The notes below the pieces were generated by a model. That model was not told the origin of the DNA and searched no databases. It was given only the letters and a program-made list of their open reading frames with translations. A DNA stretch of 64,000 nt from Octopus sinensis (Eukaryota), in the NCBI RefSeq assembly GCF_006345805.1, contig NC_043014.1, forward strand, positions 34,968,001-35,032,000, given 5' to 3'. The position numbers and the translations under genes are program-made. Positions 23,111-37,000 of this stretch are shown here, piece after piece. Every line of letters begins with the position of its first letter. The first letter of the stretch is position 1.

Positions 23111-24463
23111 AGAGAAGAGCACAACATTGAGAAAGATGGTACTTGTGAAAGAGGGGAGGAGTTGAAAAACACTGAAGGAAAAATTGGGAAAGAGTGTGTG
23201 GAAATAGAAAGAAAATTCTATGGAAAGAAAGGAAATCTCAATTGAAGAGGAGGACGGAAAGGTCATAAAAAAGAGAAAGAGAGCATATTATTGTAGTACA
23301 GATGATTTGAGCTTCAGTAAATATCTACAAAAAATAAATTAAAATTAAATGAAAATATTTACAAGACTTAGAAGATAGTTTCAAGTCCTTTTCCCAATAA
23401 TGAGAAAAAGACAAGGTTGCTGATGAGTTTACTATTTTTCAGTCTTATGCAAAATATCTTTAAATTTGTCAAAGATCTTTTACATTAGAGTGGAAACTAT
23501 TTGTAAATGGTTATTAGTAAAATTGCCTTTTTCTCAGTATTAGAGAAAGAACTTGAAACTATCAACTGAACCTTGCTGGTATTTTTACTTAATTTTAATC
23601 TATTCTCTCCCATATTTATGTAAGCACTGATTTTTTGTACTGTAATTATATGCTCCTCAGAGTTTTACCATTTCTTTCTCTTTTCCATCTCCTATCCTGA
23701 TCCTGTTCTATTATCATGATTGCCTTATTTTTCTGAAATCTCCTTTCTATTTCTACACTCCTTTCTCTCCACTACTCATTTTTTAATACTCTTCCTTTCT
23801 CTTTTGACATGCAATCTATAGTACAGTTTTCCTTGTTTTTAAGTTCCAGTCAAGTTTTTCTTTGCATTTTCTTTCTCCTATCCCTTTACTTACCTTTTAG
23901 TCCTTTCTGCTCTCCCAGTTTTTATTATCTCTCATTCTCTCTCTTACCCAATATATATATATATTATATTAAATTAGAGATAAAACCACTATTGGGCAAA
24001 TCATACAATGAAAAACTTAAGCCAATACATAAGATAATTAATTTATATTATTTAAAATATATATCAAAATTATTAAAAAAAGATAATGAGTATATATATA
24101 TATTCATTTTTTAAAAAAATGTCCTTTACTTACATATCTATATGTTAGCTGACCATCATATTTATATTTAAAATGTTAGCTCTTAGTATTTATATGCTTA
24201 ATTTTGACAAAAATCTTTTTATTACCAAATCAACTATTTTTAATAAACAGTTACGTGGAACTTGGAGTGAACATTAGTGAAAATTACCGTTTTATTTGCT
24301 GCTTTAATACATTAACACAAACACAACAATGCTGCCTTAACAAAGTTAAAATCTTCATCATAGTGACCCTACATGCATCAATATCCAAATATAATTCTGA
24401 CATGTTTAACAATCATGTAAACTAGAGCATATAATGGCATATCTACAAATACCAACAGTTGAA

Positions 24464-24501
<38 letters not shown>

Positions 24502-26339
24502 TATTTTCTTTATTAGGTACAAGATAGGGGTTATAAAACCGAAAAAATTAATTAATTATAAAGTTAAGTATGAGCCGATTTCTTCCAGTCACCAAAATAA
24601 ACTTCATGCCATTAACTTTGTATGACACCCTGGGGATCCTACAAGAAAATATCTCGGAGCAACACTGTCCATCAGGCATAACAAGGCTCATCCAATCAAC
24701 ATTAAAACCACATTATCAACTTGAACCTACTTGGCCAGATTCACTTTTTATAAAAACAAAAAAACTATTTTGAGAAAGTGACAATTTTTTTTTTTTTGTT
24801 ACTCTCTTTTATTTCTTCAGATCTCTGAATTAGATGCCTTCCTGTATGAGTTCATACAGCTTTCCTGTGTAAAACAACTTCCTTTTGGTTGAGCCTGTAA
24901 TTTACAGAAATGTCACTACAGATTAGGTAGTTGGTTTCATTTCAGTGATGAAATTGCTAACACAGTTTGAATACCAGCCACTGGAAGAGGGCAGTAAACA
25001 ACACCATTTAGCATATTTACACCTCAGAGATCTACCCTATCTGATTTGTCACCATACCTTGCTTTTAGAGATTGTGCCACTCAGCAAAATATCATTGCTA
25101 TTGTCTCTATCAGCCTAGTGACCTCTTAGCCTAAACTAAACAATTATCTTCAGCTATATTGAACATTTCTCTCATATCATCATCATTATTGTTTCCCCGC
25201 TCCCTTTTCTACAATCTTATGTAATGCAGTCGTTTGGGGTCAGAACTGTACTGCAAAGAACCTAAGTTCCTGATGGCACTTTAAGTATCAATTGCTCACT
25301 CTTGTGTCTATTGTCGACATCTACAAGCTGATAGAACCTCTCTATCTCATCATACCTATTCACCATTGATTGTTCCAGTGCTGCCATTAAGCCAAGTGTA
25401 ATCTATTCTCCATAGGTATGGCATCATAACAGCAACTGGAACAGATGGGAGTTGTGGGTTTCTTTGGTTTTACATACACTTTTTCTTACAAGTGGTACTC
25501 TGAGTGTCATTACAACTGCATTTCCATAATTATAGGATCATCATCATCATTTAATGTCCGTGTTCCATGCTAGCATGGGTGGGACGAGGATAGTTTTCTA
25601 TTCCATTGTATTGTATAGAGTAAAGCATCCAAGTGCTAGCTAGATTCTGAGAGGTCATAAAGATACTGATTACCTTTATTTATGGGAATATCTCACGAAA
25701 GCAAGCATGAAGCATCATATTTATAGGAGTGTTCATAAGAATTTCATACATATACACGCAAGCACAGACATAGGCACAGAATTATTTACATTACATGTAG
25801 AACAAAACATAACAGGAGTACCAAACTCGTTATTCTAAGACAATACCAAGAAAGAAAAAAAACAATCCAGCTGACCGTCTTGTTCTTTCCAATAGAATGA
25901 ATTAACGCAGTGTAAAGAGTCAGTTATTTCCCCTTACACTGTTATCTCCCACAAGCAACGGCAGTTGTTACTCCGTCTGCCTGAAGCAAATTCAGAGTTA
26001 GCAATAAATACTACCTCCCGTTATTCTCCCTTTGATTCATTTTTTTGTTTTGTTTTGTTTTTCAGCCATAATACATTCACTAAACTTGATATTGTCTTTG
26101 TTGCAGTCTCTTGCTTTTTCTTTTTACTTAACTTCACTCAAAGAAAAAAAAATGAAAAGAAAAGGTATTGGGGAATGACTGATCATTTTAATAATAATGA
26201 GCTTATATGCAATGTTCAGGTGCACTGCAAAATGCATCTCATTGGGAAAGGTAAAAAGAGAGACACAAAGCAGTCAAGTTAAACGAGAAGTATGTGCACA
26301 ATTCACAAAAACAGAATAAACCATAAAAGACAGAAAAAT

Positions 26340-27560
26340 GAATAGTAAAAGAGTCCTAAAAAGGAAACAGTGCATTGGTACATCAGAAAGTGTTGATGAA
26401 TTTAGGGGAGCATGGAATTTTTAAAGGATGTAATGTCCTGACAGCTAACAACCAATGTGGGATGCATATTGACAATTGTGTGTGTGAAAACTTTTTCCTG
26501 AAAGTCATGGGTGTTATACTATTGTTTTTATTTTGTAAGCCTGTCCACAGGTAGTACAGGTATTGAATTCAAAAAGGTGATCAAAGTTTTGAGAACAGGG
26601 TAGATAATTTTGTGGGCTTCTATCGTCAGATGCAAGATGTTGCACCCTTAGTGTGTCAATGCTCAGAGAAGCAAATGTTCAAAATATGGTAACTGACAAA
26701 GGATGTCCAGTTACATATCTCTGGACAGCTCCTAACAGATTGATATCCTGGATGGATAAGATAGGGTTCCAAATTGGATATGCAAATCATAAGTATGCAT
26801 ATACCATAGTCACACACGCATATATATATATATAGCTTTGAATAGATAACCAGTCTGCAGCTGATGAAAGTCTTATGGCTAGATAATAAGATACTTTCGA
26901 CCTTTTTGATGATTTTAGAAATCTAATTTGTCCAATGCAAACCATTGCTGACAATAATTCCTTGGTCACATTCACCAGCACATTTCTTAAGGTTGCTGTG
27001 AAGTGAGTGGCTAAATTCCAGGTTTACCTCCCAAAGTGTATAGTAATGCACTCGAGTAGCCAAACAGCAATACATTACTGCACTGTGTACATGTCAGATT
27101 TTAGGGGAAAAAATCTATACAATGTGGGACCTGTTTTCATCAAGTTACATTTTAATACCTTGATAAAAACAGATCCCACATAGAAATCTGTATATTTCAA
27201 CACAATAATATGCTTTAAATTGACTTCTATTTCATTACTGTATGCAACAAACAAGGGACCAAGAACAAAAGCCTGCAAGACATCACATGTCTTTGCATAT
27301 GATACAAAATGTCCTCGTGTCATCGTGATTACTACTTTTCAACTGAGAATGAAGAACTTCAACCAATTATAAAATCTAGCCTTAATACCTATTGTGAATA
27401 ACTTTATCATTAAGTTGTATTTGAGGTACTCAATTAAAGGCTTTGAAAAGGTCAAGGTAGATAACATCCCCTCATGAACCACCATCTGTAATTCAGGTAT
27501 GTCAAAGACATTCAATGAGTTGGGCACAACAGGTGGAATTAAAGATAAATCCAATTTGTG
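26340..27560 (-). mobile_element. Highly degenerate CR1-like RT fragment
   Basis: Remnants such as VLGPLFVAY and FAYPIWNP, with many stops. Confidence 0.55.
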
Positions 27561-28765
27561 AGGGTCAAATAAGGTTACAAATGTTCCAGGATATCTCTCT
27601 GAAGTAGGACTCTGTTAATCTGGTGATACAGCTTGTGAGATTAAACAGATTGTAATTAACAGGTGATGTGCAGTTGCTCTGTTTGAAATGAAGAATAATG
27701 CTGGCAATTTTTCACTGTTCTGGAGTAATGTGGTTAAGGCAGAATTAGAAAATTAAATTTGTGCAGTAGAAAGAGTCCACTGTATTTGAGAACAGCAGCA
27801 TCAGAACCAGGAGGAGGCATAGGTGTGCAACAGATGTAGAATTTGGTGCTAATAGCAGTGAAAATTTATGGAAAAAAAAAGCAAGATGCCATGAGTGGTA
27901 GAATTGTCACCAACTAGAATGGGAGCATAAATTCTCGATTAAAGCTGTACCTATGTTGTAACATGGAGACTATTTCAACTAAATAATAAACTAGACCCTA
28001 TTCTGCCAACACTGTTTTGAAACTTAAGTATGATGTAATGATTGAGAGGTTAGAGATGCTGGGCAACTGATCACAAGCTGAGATTTTACTTTATATATTA
28101 TGGTGTTGTATCCTTGAGCAAAATTCATAATACTTGCTCCCATTTGCCTAACTGGAGAAAGTATCTATATTTTAGATGCTCTGGTGAACTTAATATGAGC
28201 AGATCTATAATCAAAAGCATTCCAACCAGAAACATGTATCCTTTTCTAAGACGGTTGTGTGTGAAATGAAGATTAGGTTGCTATTTCTAACAAGTTGAAC
28301 AACTACAAAGAGGCTCCTTCATTGTTGCAGTGGTTATATAGTTTTGTATTGGAAGGCCATTTAGGTGTAAGGCAATTGTTTTGAGAAAACTGCAAACACA
28401 CCATGAAATCTTGAGAAAATGGATGCAAATCAATAAAGATTTTTTTTCTTTTTGAGAGAGTAAGAGCTGAGATATAAAAACAAGTTCAAATTTGTATGAT
28501 GTTAATTAACTTGAGTAAGTCATTCTGTATAGATGACCACAGAAGTTCAAATTCTCTATAAATAAAATTAAAAAAAAAAAACATTGGTTTCTAACTGTTT
28601 ATAGCAAAGTGATTCCCAAAGTGTTACACTATAACATACATTTGTCTTAGACTTGCACAAATTATTGGAAAGAAAACTTAGGAAATGTATTGTCTTACAC
28701 TCATATTCCCATTGGATTGGAATACCAGTTTCTAGCTTCTTACACTGAAAAATGTGTTTGTTTAA

Positions 28766-28965
28766 CCCTTTAGCATTCGGATTACTCTATCAGATGTAAT
28801 GCTTATTTATTCACATTGTTTTGAATTTATGCATTATCCCACAGCTTCAAGATTTCAACGATATACTTGTATATTTTTAGAATGTGATTGTATGATAGAG
28901 GCCAGATCTGGTTAGTTTGAACATAAGACATGTAGAATGTTTGGGCTGGTTTAAATGCTAAAGGG
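28766..28965. mobile_element. piggyBac-like MITE (TTAA TSD); related copy at 56358-56577
   Basis: TTAA-CCCTTTAGCATT...AATGCTAAAGGG-TTAA. Confidence 0.75.
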
Positions 28966-30355
28966 TTAAGATTGCTCTAAGATTAAAAACCTTAAAGATT
29001 TTCCAATCAGCTGTCATGCTTTACATAAAATAACACATCAACATTTTGAAAACCTTACAAATATTTTATTAAAAATGTATGAACTACAATGAATTATAAC
29101 AGTTGACATTAAGGTAGAAAAAATAATGGTATATAAAAAGTAATTAAAATATATAATAGATTATGTATAATGCATCTCAAAAACAAAGTTTTCAGAAAAT
29201 CCATCAGCATATTCAGGTTTGAAGTTTCTGCCATTTGGTTGTTTAGGTGCTACATTACCTCTTAAAATTGAATGGCAAACAACTCTTACAAAATTACTCC
29301 CTAGATTTAGTATCTTTTAAGGTAACAAATCATACTATAAGTAGTTTTTATTTCATAGTAACATTTGTCAGGAATGAAATTAAGAGGTAACACTTAACAT
29401 GTAAACCAAGTTGTATACCAAACTTTGACATCTTGCACTCGTCCTACTGTTTGATTAATTTGAAGCTAGTAACCATTTAGTATAATATAATAGATAATAT
29501 TATTTAATAGTGATGTTTAAACAAACTTTATATCTCAGATTTTACCTGCACTCACCTGTAATTTTCAGACAAAAAAGTTATAGTTTCATAAACCTAGTCT
29601 AAATTCATGATCATTTTAGAATCTAATTGAAATATATAAGAGTGTATTTTGATTAGAAGTATAGTAATGAAATGGTTAAGTTTTAAAGGGAATTAGGATT
29701 TCATAAGGATCTGAATATACCAGTCTTTAAAATTACCCTGATAGTTGGCATGGTCATGGATGGCAGGTGAAAATGGTTTTTAAGAGAAGGCATGCCAAAA
29801 CTTGAGGTACACCTTATAAGCTCTCAAATATGATATGGAACAACTTTTTATGGCATCAAAATTACAATTCAAATATTCTTAAGTCTGACAATATCATTTA
29901 AGAAGTGAAAAATAATTCATAAAAATATATCAAGTACACTATCCATCTTCGTAAATACATAATAAATTTGGGGAATTTTATACAAAAATAGTAAATATAT
30001 ACATTTAAAACAAAGGATATTATTATTAAGAAAAACATTCTGTTTCTTGTTACAGGAATTATTAAAGAAAAAATAAGATTGTAAAACGCAAGCAAAAAAC
30101 AGACTAATCAGTTATTTGATTAAGGCCACACTGGACTGTCATCTAGAGCAGTGGTTCTCAACCATTTTTTATTTAGGGATACCTTTCATTACTATTTTAC
30201 TCAGTTGCCCCCCCCCTCCCCCTCCGCAATTCAATGTTTATAAACTAGTTTTATAGATATTTCTTTCAAAATTCCTATTTCGTTTTTCATACATTAACTT
30301 GCATAGGTTGAAATGTGTTAAATGTTGGAGAAAGAAGCCTAGCTTCTTGCATTAA

Positions 30356-30575
30356 CCCTTTCATTACTGTATTTATTTTGAGATGCTCTGTGTTTATTAC
30401 AATTACTTGAAATATAACAAAGAATTTAGTAAAATAACTTAGTTATCATTCAGCTTGTATTAGGAACATAAATTGTGACTGAGGTTTGGTAGAAGATTTT
30501 AATTCAACACATATGAAAACAAAACATTTGTACTCAGAGCCAGAGCTGGTTTCAGTCAGGTTGGTAACGAAAGGG
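30356..30575. mobile_element. piggyBac-like MITE, second family; degenerate inverted copy near 10190-10405
   Basis: TTAA-CCCTTTCATTAC...GTAACGAAAGGG-TTAA. Confidence 0.7.
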
Positions 30576-30892
30576 TTAAATACAGCTAAAGAAAAATTTT
30601 TCCACTGACCCTTCATATGCTACTCTGTGTCTCCAATTTACTATTTTTGCTTGCATGAAGTACTGCATATTTTGGCATGTTCTAAAGTATATAGTTACAT
30701 TAACCGTAGCATGTTAAATGCAATGACAGGATTTAAGGTCAGAATATTGAAGGACATTACCAAATCAATAAAGGTAATTTTATGCAATACTACTGATGTA
30801 TGTACATATAGAAAACATTTGTGGAGTACCATGTTAAATGATGGTCCTCCTCTATATAGAGTCTGTAAATACTGAATTCATGATACTGCAGT

Positions 30893-31029
30893 TTATAATA
30901 CAAAAGTGATATCTGGTATAAGAAATATGTAACACACGCCAAGAATGAACAGGATGCTTTTGTAAACTTTTAAAGTTGAAACACTTCCAGTAGGAGACGG
31001 GCAGTTTGGGCCTTGACACTCTGCAGTTT
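30893..31029 (-). CDS. Lachesin-like last exon (ETAECQGPNCPSPTGS...ILFILGVCYIFLIPDITFVL*)
   Basis: ttttttcAG acceptor in phase 1, Cys-containing spacer, hydrophobic tail, TAA stop. Confidence 0.85.
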
Positions 31030-34000
31030 CTGAAAAAAATAATAACATTTCCGTATGGACAAGCAAAATTCAGGATTTAATATTAAAAATAACAGAAAAG
31101 TAGCAAGCTGTCAGAATCGTTGGCATGCTAGGTAAAATGCTTAGCGGCATTTCATCTGCCTTTAAACACCAGGGTCTATAGAGTTGACGTACCCTGCTCC
31201 CCTGATATTGCTGGCCTTGTGTCAAAATTTGAAATCGGTATTTAAAATAACACAATATTACTAAACAGCGTGGAGGCGCGTGGCTTAGTGGTTAGGGTGT
31301 CAGCATCATGATCGTAAGATTGTGGTTTCATTTCCTGGACCAGGTGACACGTTGTGTTCTTGAGCAAAACACTTCATTACACGTTGCTCCAGTCCACTCA
31401 GCTGGCAAAAATGAGTAACGCTGCAATGGACTGGCGTCCTGTCCAGCTGGAGAACACATATGCCATTGAAACTGGGAAACTGGGCCCATGAGCCTGGCTA
31501 GGCTTGAAAAGGGCACTTAAATAAATAAAAATTACTAAACAGCAAGGTGCAATAGGTTGTTCTGGTTAGTACACAAAATGTTTTCACACTATTTTCCTGT
31601 TTACTGTTTTACTGTAAAGGTCGATGGCAGCATATTTATTGCATGGTTCACATATTCTTTTGGAGAGAGAGAGAGAGATAGAGGCCTTTTATTACTGAAT
31701 AACTTTCATTATTGTCATTCACAACTATTTAAATCATCATCATCGTTAAGCGTCCGCTTTCCATGCTAGCATGGGTTGGACGGGTCAACTGGGGTCTGTG
31801 AAGCTGGACGGCTTCGTCAGGCCCAGTCAGATCTGGCAGTGTTTCTACGGCTGGATGCCCTTCCTAACGCCAACCACTCCGCGAGTGTAGTGGGTGTTTT
31901 TTACGTGCCACTTGCACAGGTGCCAGACAGAGCTGGCGAACGGCCACGAACAGATGGTGCTTTTACGTGTCACCGGCACGGGGCCAGGCGATGCTGGCAA
32001 CGGACACGAACGGATGGTGCTTTTACGTGCCACCGACACGGGGCCAGGCAGAGCTGGCAACCGGCCACGAACGGACGGTGCTTTTACGTGTCACCGGCAC
32101 AGGGGCCAGCCGAGGCTGGCAACGGACGCAAACGGATGGTGCTTTTACGTGCCACCGACACGGTTGCCAGACAGAGCTGGCAAACGGCCACGAGCGGACG
32201 GTGCTTTTACATGTCACCGGCACGGGGGCCAGCCGAGGCTGGCAACGGACACGGATGGATGGTGCTTTTACGTGCCACCGACACGGGGCCAGACAGAGCT
32301 GGCAAACGGCCACGAACGGATGGTGCTTTTACGTGCCACCGACACGGGGCCAGACAGAGCTGGCAAACGGCCACGAACGGACGGTGCTTTTACATGTCAC
32401 CGGCATGTAAGTAATAAACCTTCTTCAGCAAATTCTTTACCACTTCTGGAATGAGAATAGATATAGTAACATACTCTCTTTTACTCTTTTACTTGTTTCA
32501 GTCATTTGACTGTAGCCATGATGGAGCACCGCCTTTTAGTCGAGTAAATCGACCCCAGGACTTATTCTTTGTAAGCTTAGTACTTATTCTATCAGTCTCT
32601 TTTGCTGAACCTCTAAGTTACAGGGACGTAAACACACCACCGTCGGTTGTCAAGCAATGGTGGGGGGACAAACACAGATACACAAACATATGCACACATA
32701 CATATATATATACATATATAAGACGCGCTTCTTCCAGTTTCCGTCTACCAAATCCACTCACAAGGCTTTGGTCGGCCTGAGGCTGTAGTAGAAGACACTT
32801 GCCCAAGGTGCCATGCAGTGGGAATGAACCCGGAACCATGTGGTTGGTAAGCAAGCTACTTACCACACAACCATCCTGCGCCTAACATGTAAATTTTAAG
32901 TGTACAGAACTTAAAAGACAGGACGGTGTAGGAGAAATGCCAATGAAGTTGTTTGTGTTTTTTCTTTGTTTTTGCTACTTACATTCTTTCTACATCACAA
33001 GCCTGCTTAAGTAATTCAGAGGAAATTACCTAGCATTACCATAATTGAAAATGGTTTGCCAGCAAACAAATTAGTGGCTCCAGTTCTTTGAAGCAACTGA
33101 ATTTGATGTGGAAAGAAACAGATTGGTTATTTGTTTCTCTGGGATTGATCTAAGGGATGTCAATATATCTCTGTTGAGACACCTATAAGAGTGTTCATTA
33201 ACATAAATTTAATAATAATGAAATTATTGTATACAGTGCTCAGGTGCACAAGATCTAAGTCAATCACAGAAATATATACTCCATTTATACATAACTTGGC
33301 TGGAATATTTTACAGTAGAGTCTTTTGGTCCCTTGTCAAGATAGTTTCTGCTAATGTTTACATAATCTTATCCACTACTCCCCAACAAGCTTGCCTCAGT
33401 AAGTAACATTCATGCTGATAAAACCACCACATTTATTGCTAATCATGCTTCATACTGGAGGCACATGGCCTAGTGGTTAGAGTAGTGGACTCGCAGTCGA
33501 GGGATCGCTGGCTCAAATCTCAGTCTAGGCGATGTGTGTGTTTATGAGCGAAACACCTACGCTCCACGTGGCTCCGGCAGAAGGTAATGGTGAAATTCTG
33601 CTGACTCTTTCACCACAACCTTCTCTCACCCTTTCCTCCTACATCTTGCAGCTCACCTGTAACAGACTGGCGTTCTGTCCAGGTGGGGAACCTATACACC
33701 GACAAAACTGGCCCTAATGAGCCAGGCGTGGCTCGAGAAGGAACAAACAACAAATGCTTCATACTGAATACACATGCACATCAAAATTTCTCTCTCTTCA
33801 CCATGTACACATGTTTGCTAAATGTGAAACATCTTTGATTATGTTAACCCAGTCAGTTCTGACATTGTCCTTTGTTACCAGCAAACAGCACACTTCAGAG
33901 TTTACATTAAAAATGTGCAGTCCAATTCAAAAGCGACCCCATTTATAGGACAGTAGAGCCGTTACACAAATGCATGACCTAATACTCAAACAATAACTCT

Positions 34001-37000
34001 GAGCACCTTTTCAAACTCCATCTGTCTAACACCCGTGGACATGTTTACAAAGTCAGAAAACAGCACAGCTCCCATGACTTTCAGAAACATTTTTTCACAC
34101 TAAGAGTTGCTGAAACATGGAACAAACTGTCGGCATCAGTTGTTAGTTGTCGGAGCACTGCATCCTTCAAAACTTCCATGCTTCCTGAGATTTGCCAACA
34201 CTACACTTGATTTTCTCCCCTCCATAAAAACACAAGTATGTATCTGACTCATACACTGTTCGCTTTCCAGACATTTGTACATTACTGCATATGCTTTATA
34301 TGCACTTTTGACAAGTTGTGGTGCACCTGAGCACTGTATACAATACTTTCATTATTATTATTTTTTTTAAAGAATGGTAAACATAGGTGAAGGCAAAACA
34401 GCAAAAAAAACTTTTGTTGCTTACCAAATAATATAATTTGAGTTTCTTGTTCTCCCTCAGTGTTTGCGCCAACACAGTAATATGTTCCATAGTCATTGGC
34501 TTGGACATTCTTCACTTTCAGTTTGTACCAAGTCTCTCCAAGCCTTAGGTTGCTGCTTTGTAGCTTCTGAATTTCATACTTATCAGTATCAGTTAATTTC
34601 TCCCTCCCCCGAGATTTCTTTTTGTACCAACTCAACACAGCATCCGGGTAAGCTGAAAATTGAAGAATAGAGAGTGAACGGATGCATTTATTTATTTTCT
34701 CATGGTAGAGAGAACTCTAGTTTTTACACTTTAAAAATACCATGTGTTGGAGTTGATACCTCAGAAAACTTGTTCTAGCAACAGATACAATAGTACTGTG
34801 ATCTCTGAAACTCATTCACTCAATACAGATATAGAGGTGTTGAGGCATCAGAAAGCTCACTCTAGTGAGCAGGTTTGTTAAACTTTTTGCTAATGGTATT
34901 CTCTCCATAACTGATATTATAGTTATAGCCCACAATGTAATGATAGCTTGATTAACATGTCCATAACATAATATGACGCCCAAAACTTTTCTATATCAAC
35001 ACCTCACACACTAGCTTTGAGGTATTTAGAAAAAGAATAATTCATAAATGCTTTCTGCATGAAAAATAACAGCTAAGTGTTAACGTATTTAACACATGAT
35101 TAGCACTATGACCCGGTAACGCCAGGTCATAGTGCTAGTGTATGCATATACAGCTGTGTGCGTGCGCACATATATGTGAGTACTGTCCAAATCTCCGATC
35201 AATCACATACAGCTAGCTGGCATTCAATTGGCATATCAAGTTTCGGGCATTTTGATTGGGTTTTGGATAGAAAATTCACAAAAAAGTCACTTCTATTGAT
35301 TTTTTAATGGCTTTGCGGGTGACTGGGGAAATGTAAAGATATGCACGACCACCCTTGGACGGTTTTGAATGACCATAGAAAGTGCGAGCCCTCTAACTGA
35401 AAAATTGTGGATTTGTATAAAGGACATGCACACAGATATTTTGCCGTTTATATATGGAGAGATATGTTCAATAAAGTTAACTAGAAATATGCTGGAAGGA
35501 ACAAACAATGTAAGTTAATAACTAATACTATTTTTCATTTTTCTTATTTCTTTATTGCCCACAAGGGGCTAAACATAGAGGGGACAAACGGATAAAGTCG
35601 ATTCCATCAACCCCAGTGCATAACTGGTACTTAATTTATTGATCCCGAAAGGATGAAAGGCAAAGTTGACCTTGGCGGAATTTGAACTCAGAACGTAACA
35701 GCAGACGAAATACCGCTAAGCATTTCACCCAGCATGCTAACGTTTCTGCCAGCTCGCCACCTTTATTTTTCATTTTTCTAGCAAATATGGCAGACAACTA
35801 TGGACATATTTTAGTCCTATTTTGACTTAATTAGCAAAGCATAGCCAATAAAGCTACAATATTGTATATATCTTGAGGGATTCTTTTGTCATTACTTCAG
35901 CAACAGAGTGAAGACTTTTACTGATGAAGTCTGAATAAAACAAACAAGTCTGACGTTGTATTAGCTGCATAAATGGGAATATTAGTCATGAATTAATATT
36001 GTTTTTGTTTTTTTTGTTCCCACATATGTTCTTTTTAATTCTTGATACAATAAGCATTAAATATGCTAATGGTAAGTAGTCTTTTTATAATCAGGCTGAA
36101 ACTTTAAATATGAACAAAATAAACAGTGTAATGAGATGTGCAGTGTAGCTCTAAACAGACTTAAAGTGAATTATTTCTAGTATGTTAAGTCTCCATTCTA
36201 GGGATAACTTCTTCCTACTGTTCACAAATGTCCTGAGAAAGGTCATAGCTGGAGCCATTCTTTTTCTGTCATAAAAAAAAGAGATTTGAAAAAAATGCTG
36301 ATAAAGGTAAATTAGAACTTACATGACACTTTACACTCCAATACTGCTGAATATTTTCCATTCTGAGCTTGACCAACAGTGTCTTGAACATAACTGACCA
36401 TAGGGGGTGAAATGATATAGACTCTAACATCTAAATGATCTGGAGGTCGGACTGTATTATCAGCCACACAACGATAAACACCTTGATCCTCACTTCGAAC
36501 GTTAGTCAACTTCAAGACTGGATTCTTTTAAAGAAAGAAAAAAACATATTTACAATTTCTGTTTTAGAATGCCTACTTTTCCATGTTTGCATGGATCAGA
36601 GAAAACTATATTAGGGGCAGAGTTTTCTTAGGCTGGAAATCCTTCCTGATGGCAACCCATCACTTGTTTCCAAGTGAGGAGAAAACTATATTAGGGGAAG
36701 AGTTTTCTTAGGATGGAAATCCTTCCTGGTGGCAACTCATCACTTGTTTCCAAGTGAGGAGAAAACTATATTAGGGGCAGAGTTTTCTTAGGCTGGAAAT
36801 CCTTCCTGATGGCAACCCATCGCTTGTTTCCAAGTGAGGAGAAAACTATATTAGGGGCAGAGTTTTCTTAGGCTGGAAATCCTTCCTGATGGCAACCCAT
36901 CACTTGTTTCCAAGTGAGGAGAAAACTATATTAGGGGCAGAGTTTTCTTAGGCTGGAAATCCTTCCTGATGGCAACCCATCACTTGTTTCCAAGTGAGGA

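Noticed and set aside
31776-32454. Three overlapping long ORFs (212, 186 and 147 aa)
   Set aside because: By-products of a stop-poor 60-bp minisatellite inside a SINE-like repeat.
35798-35844. Possible hammerhead on the minus strand (CTATG..CTAATTA-AGTC..GACT-AAAA-TATGTC-CATAG)
   Set aside because: Both core boxes are mutated, so it is at best a dead relic.
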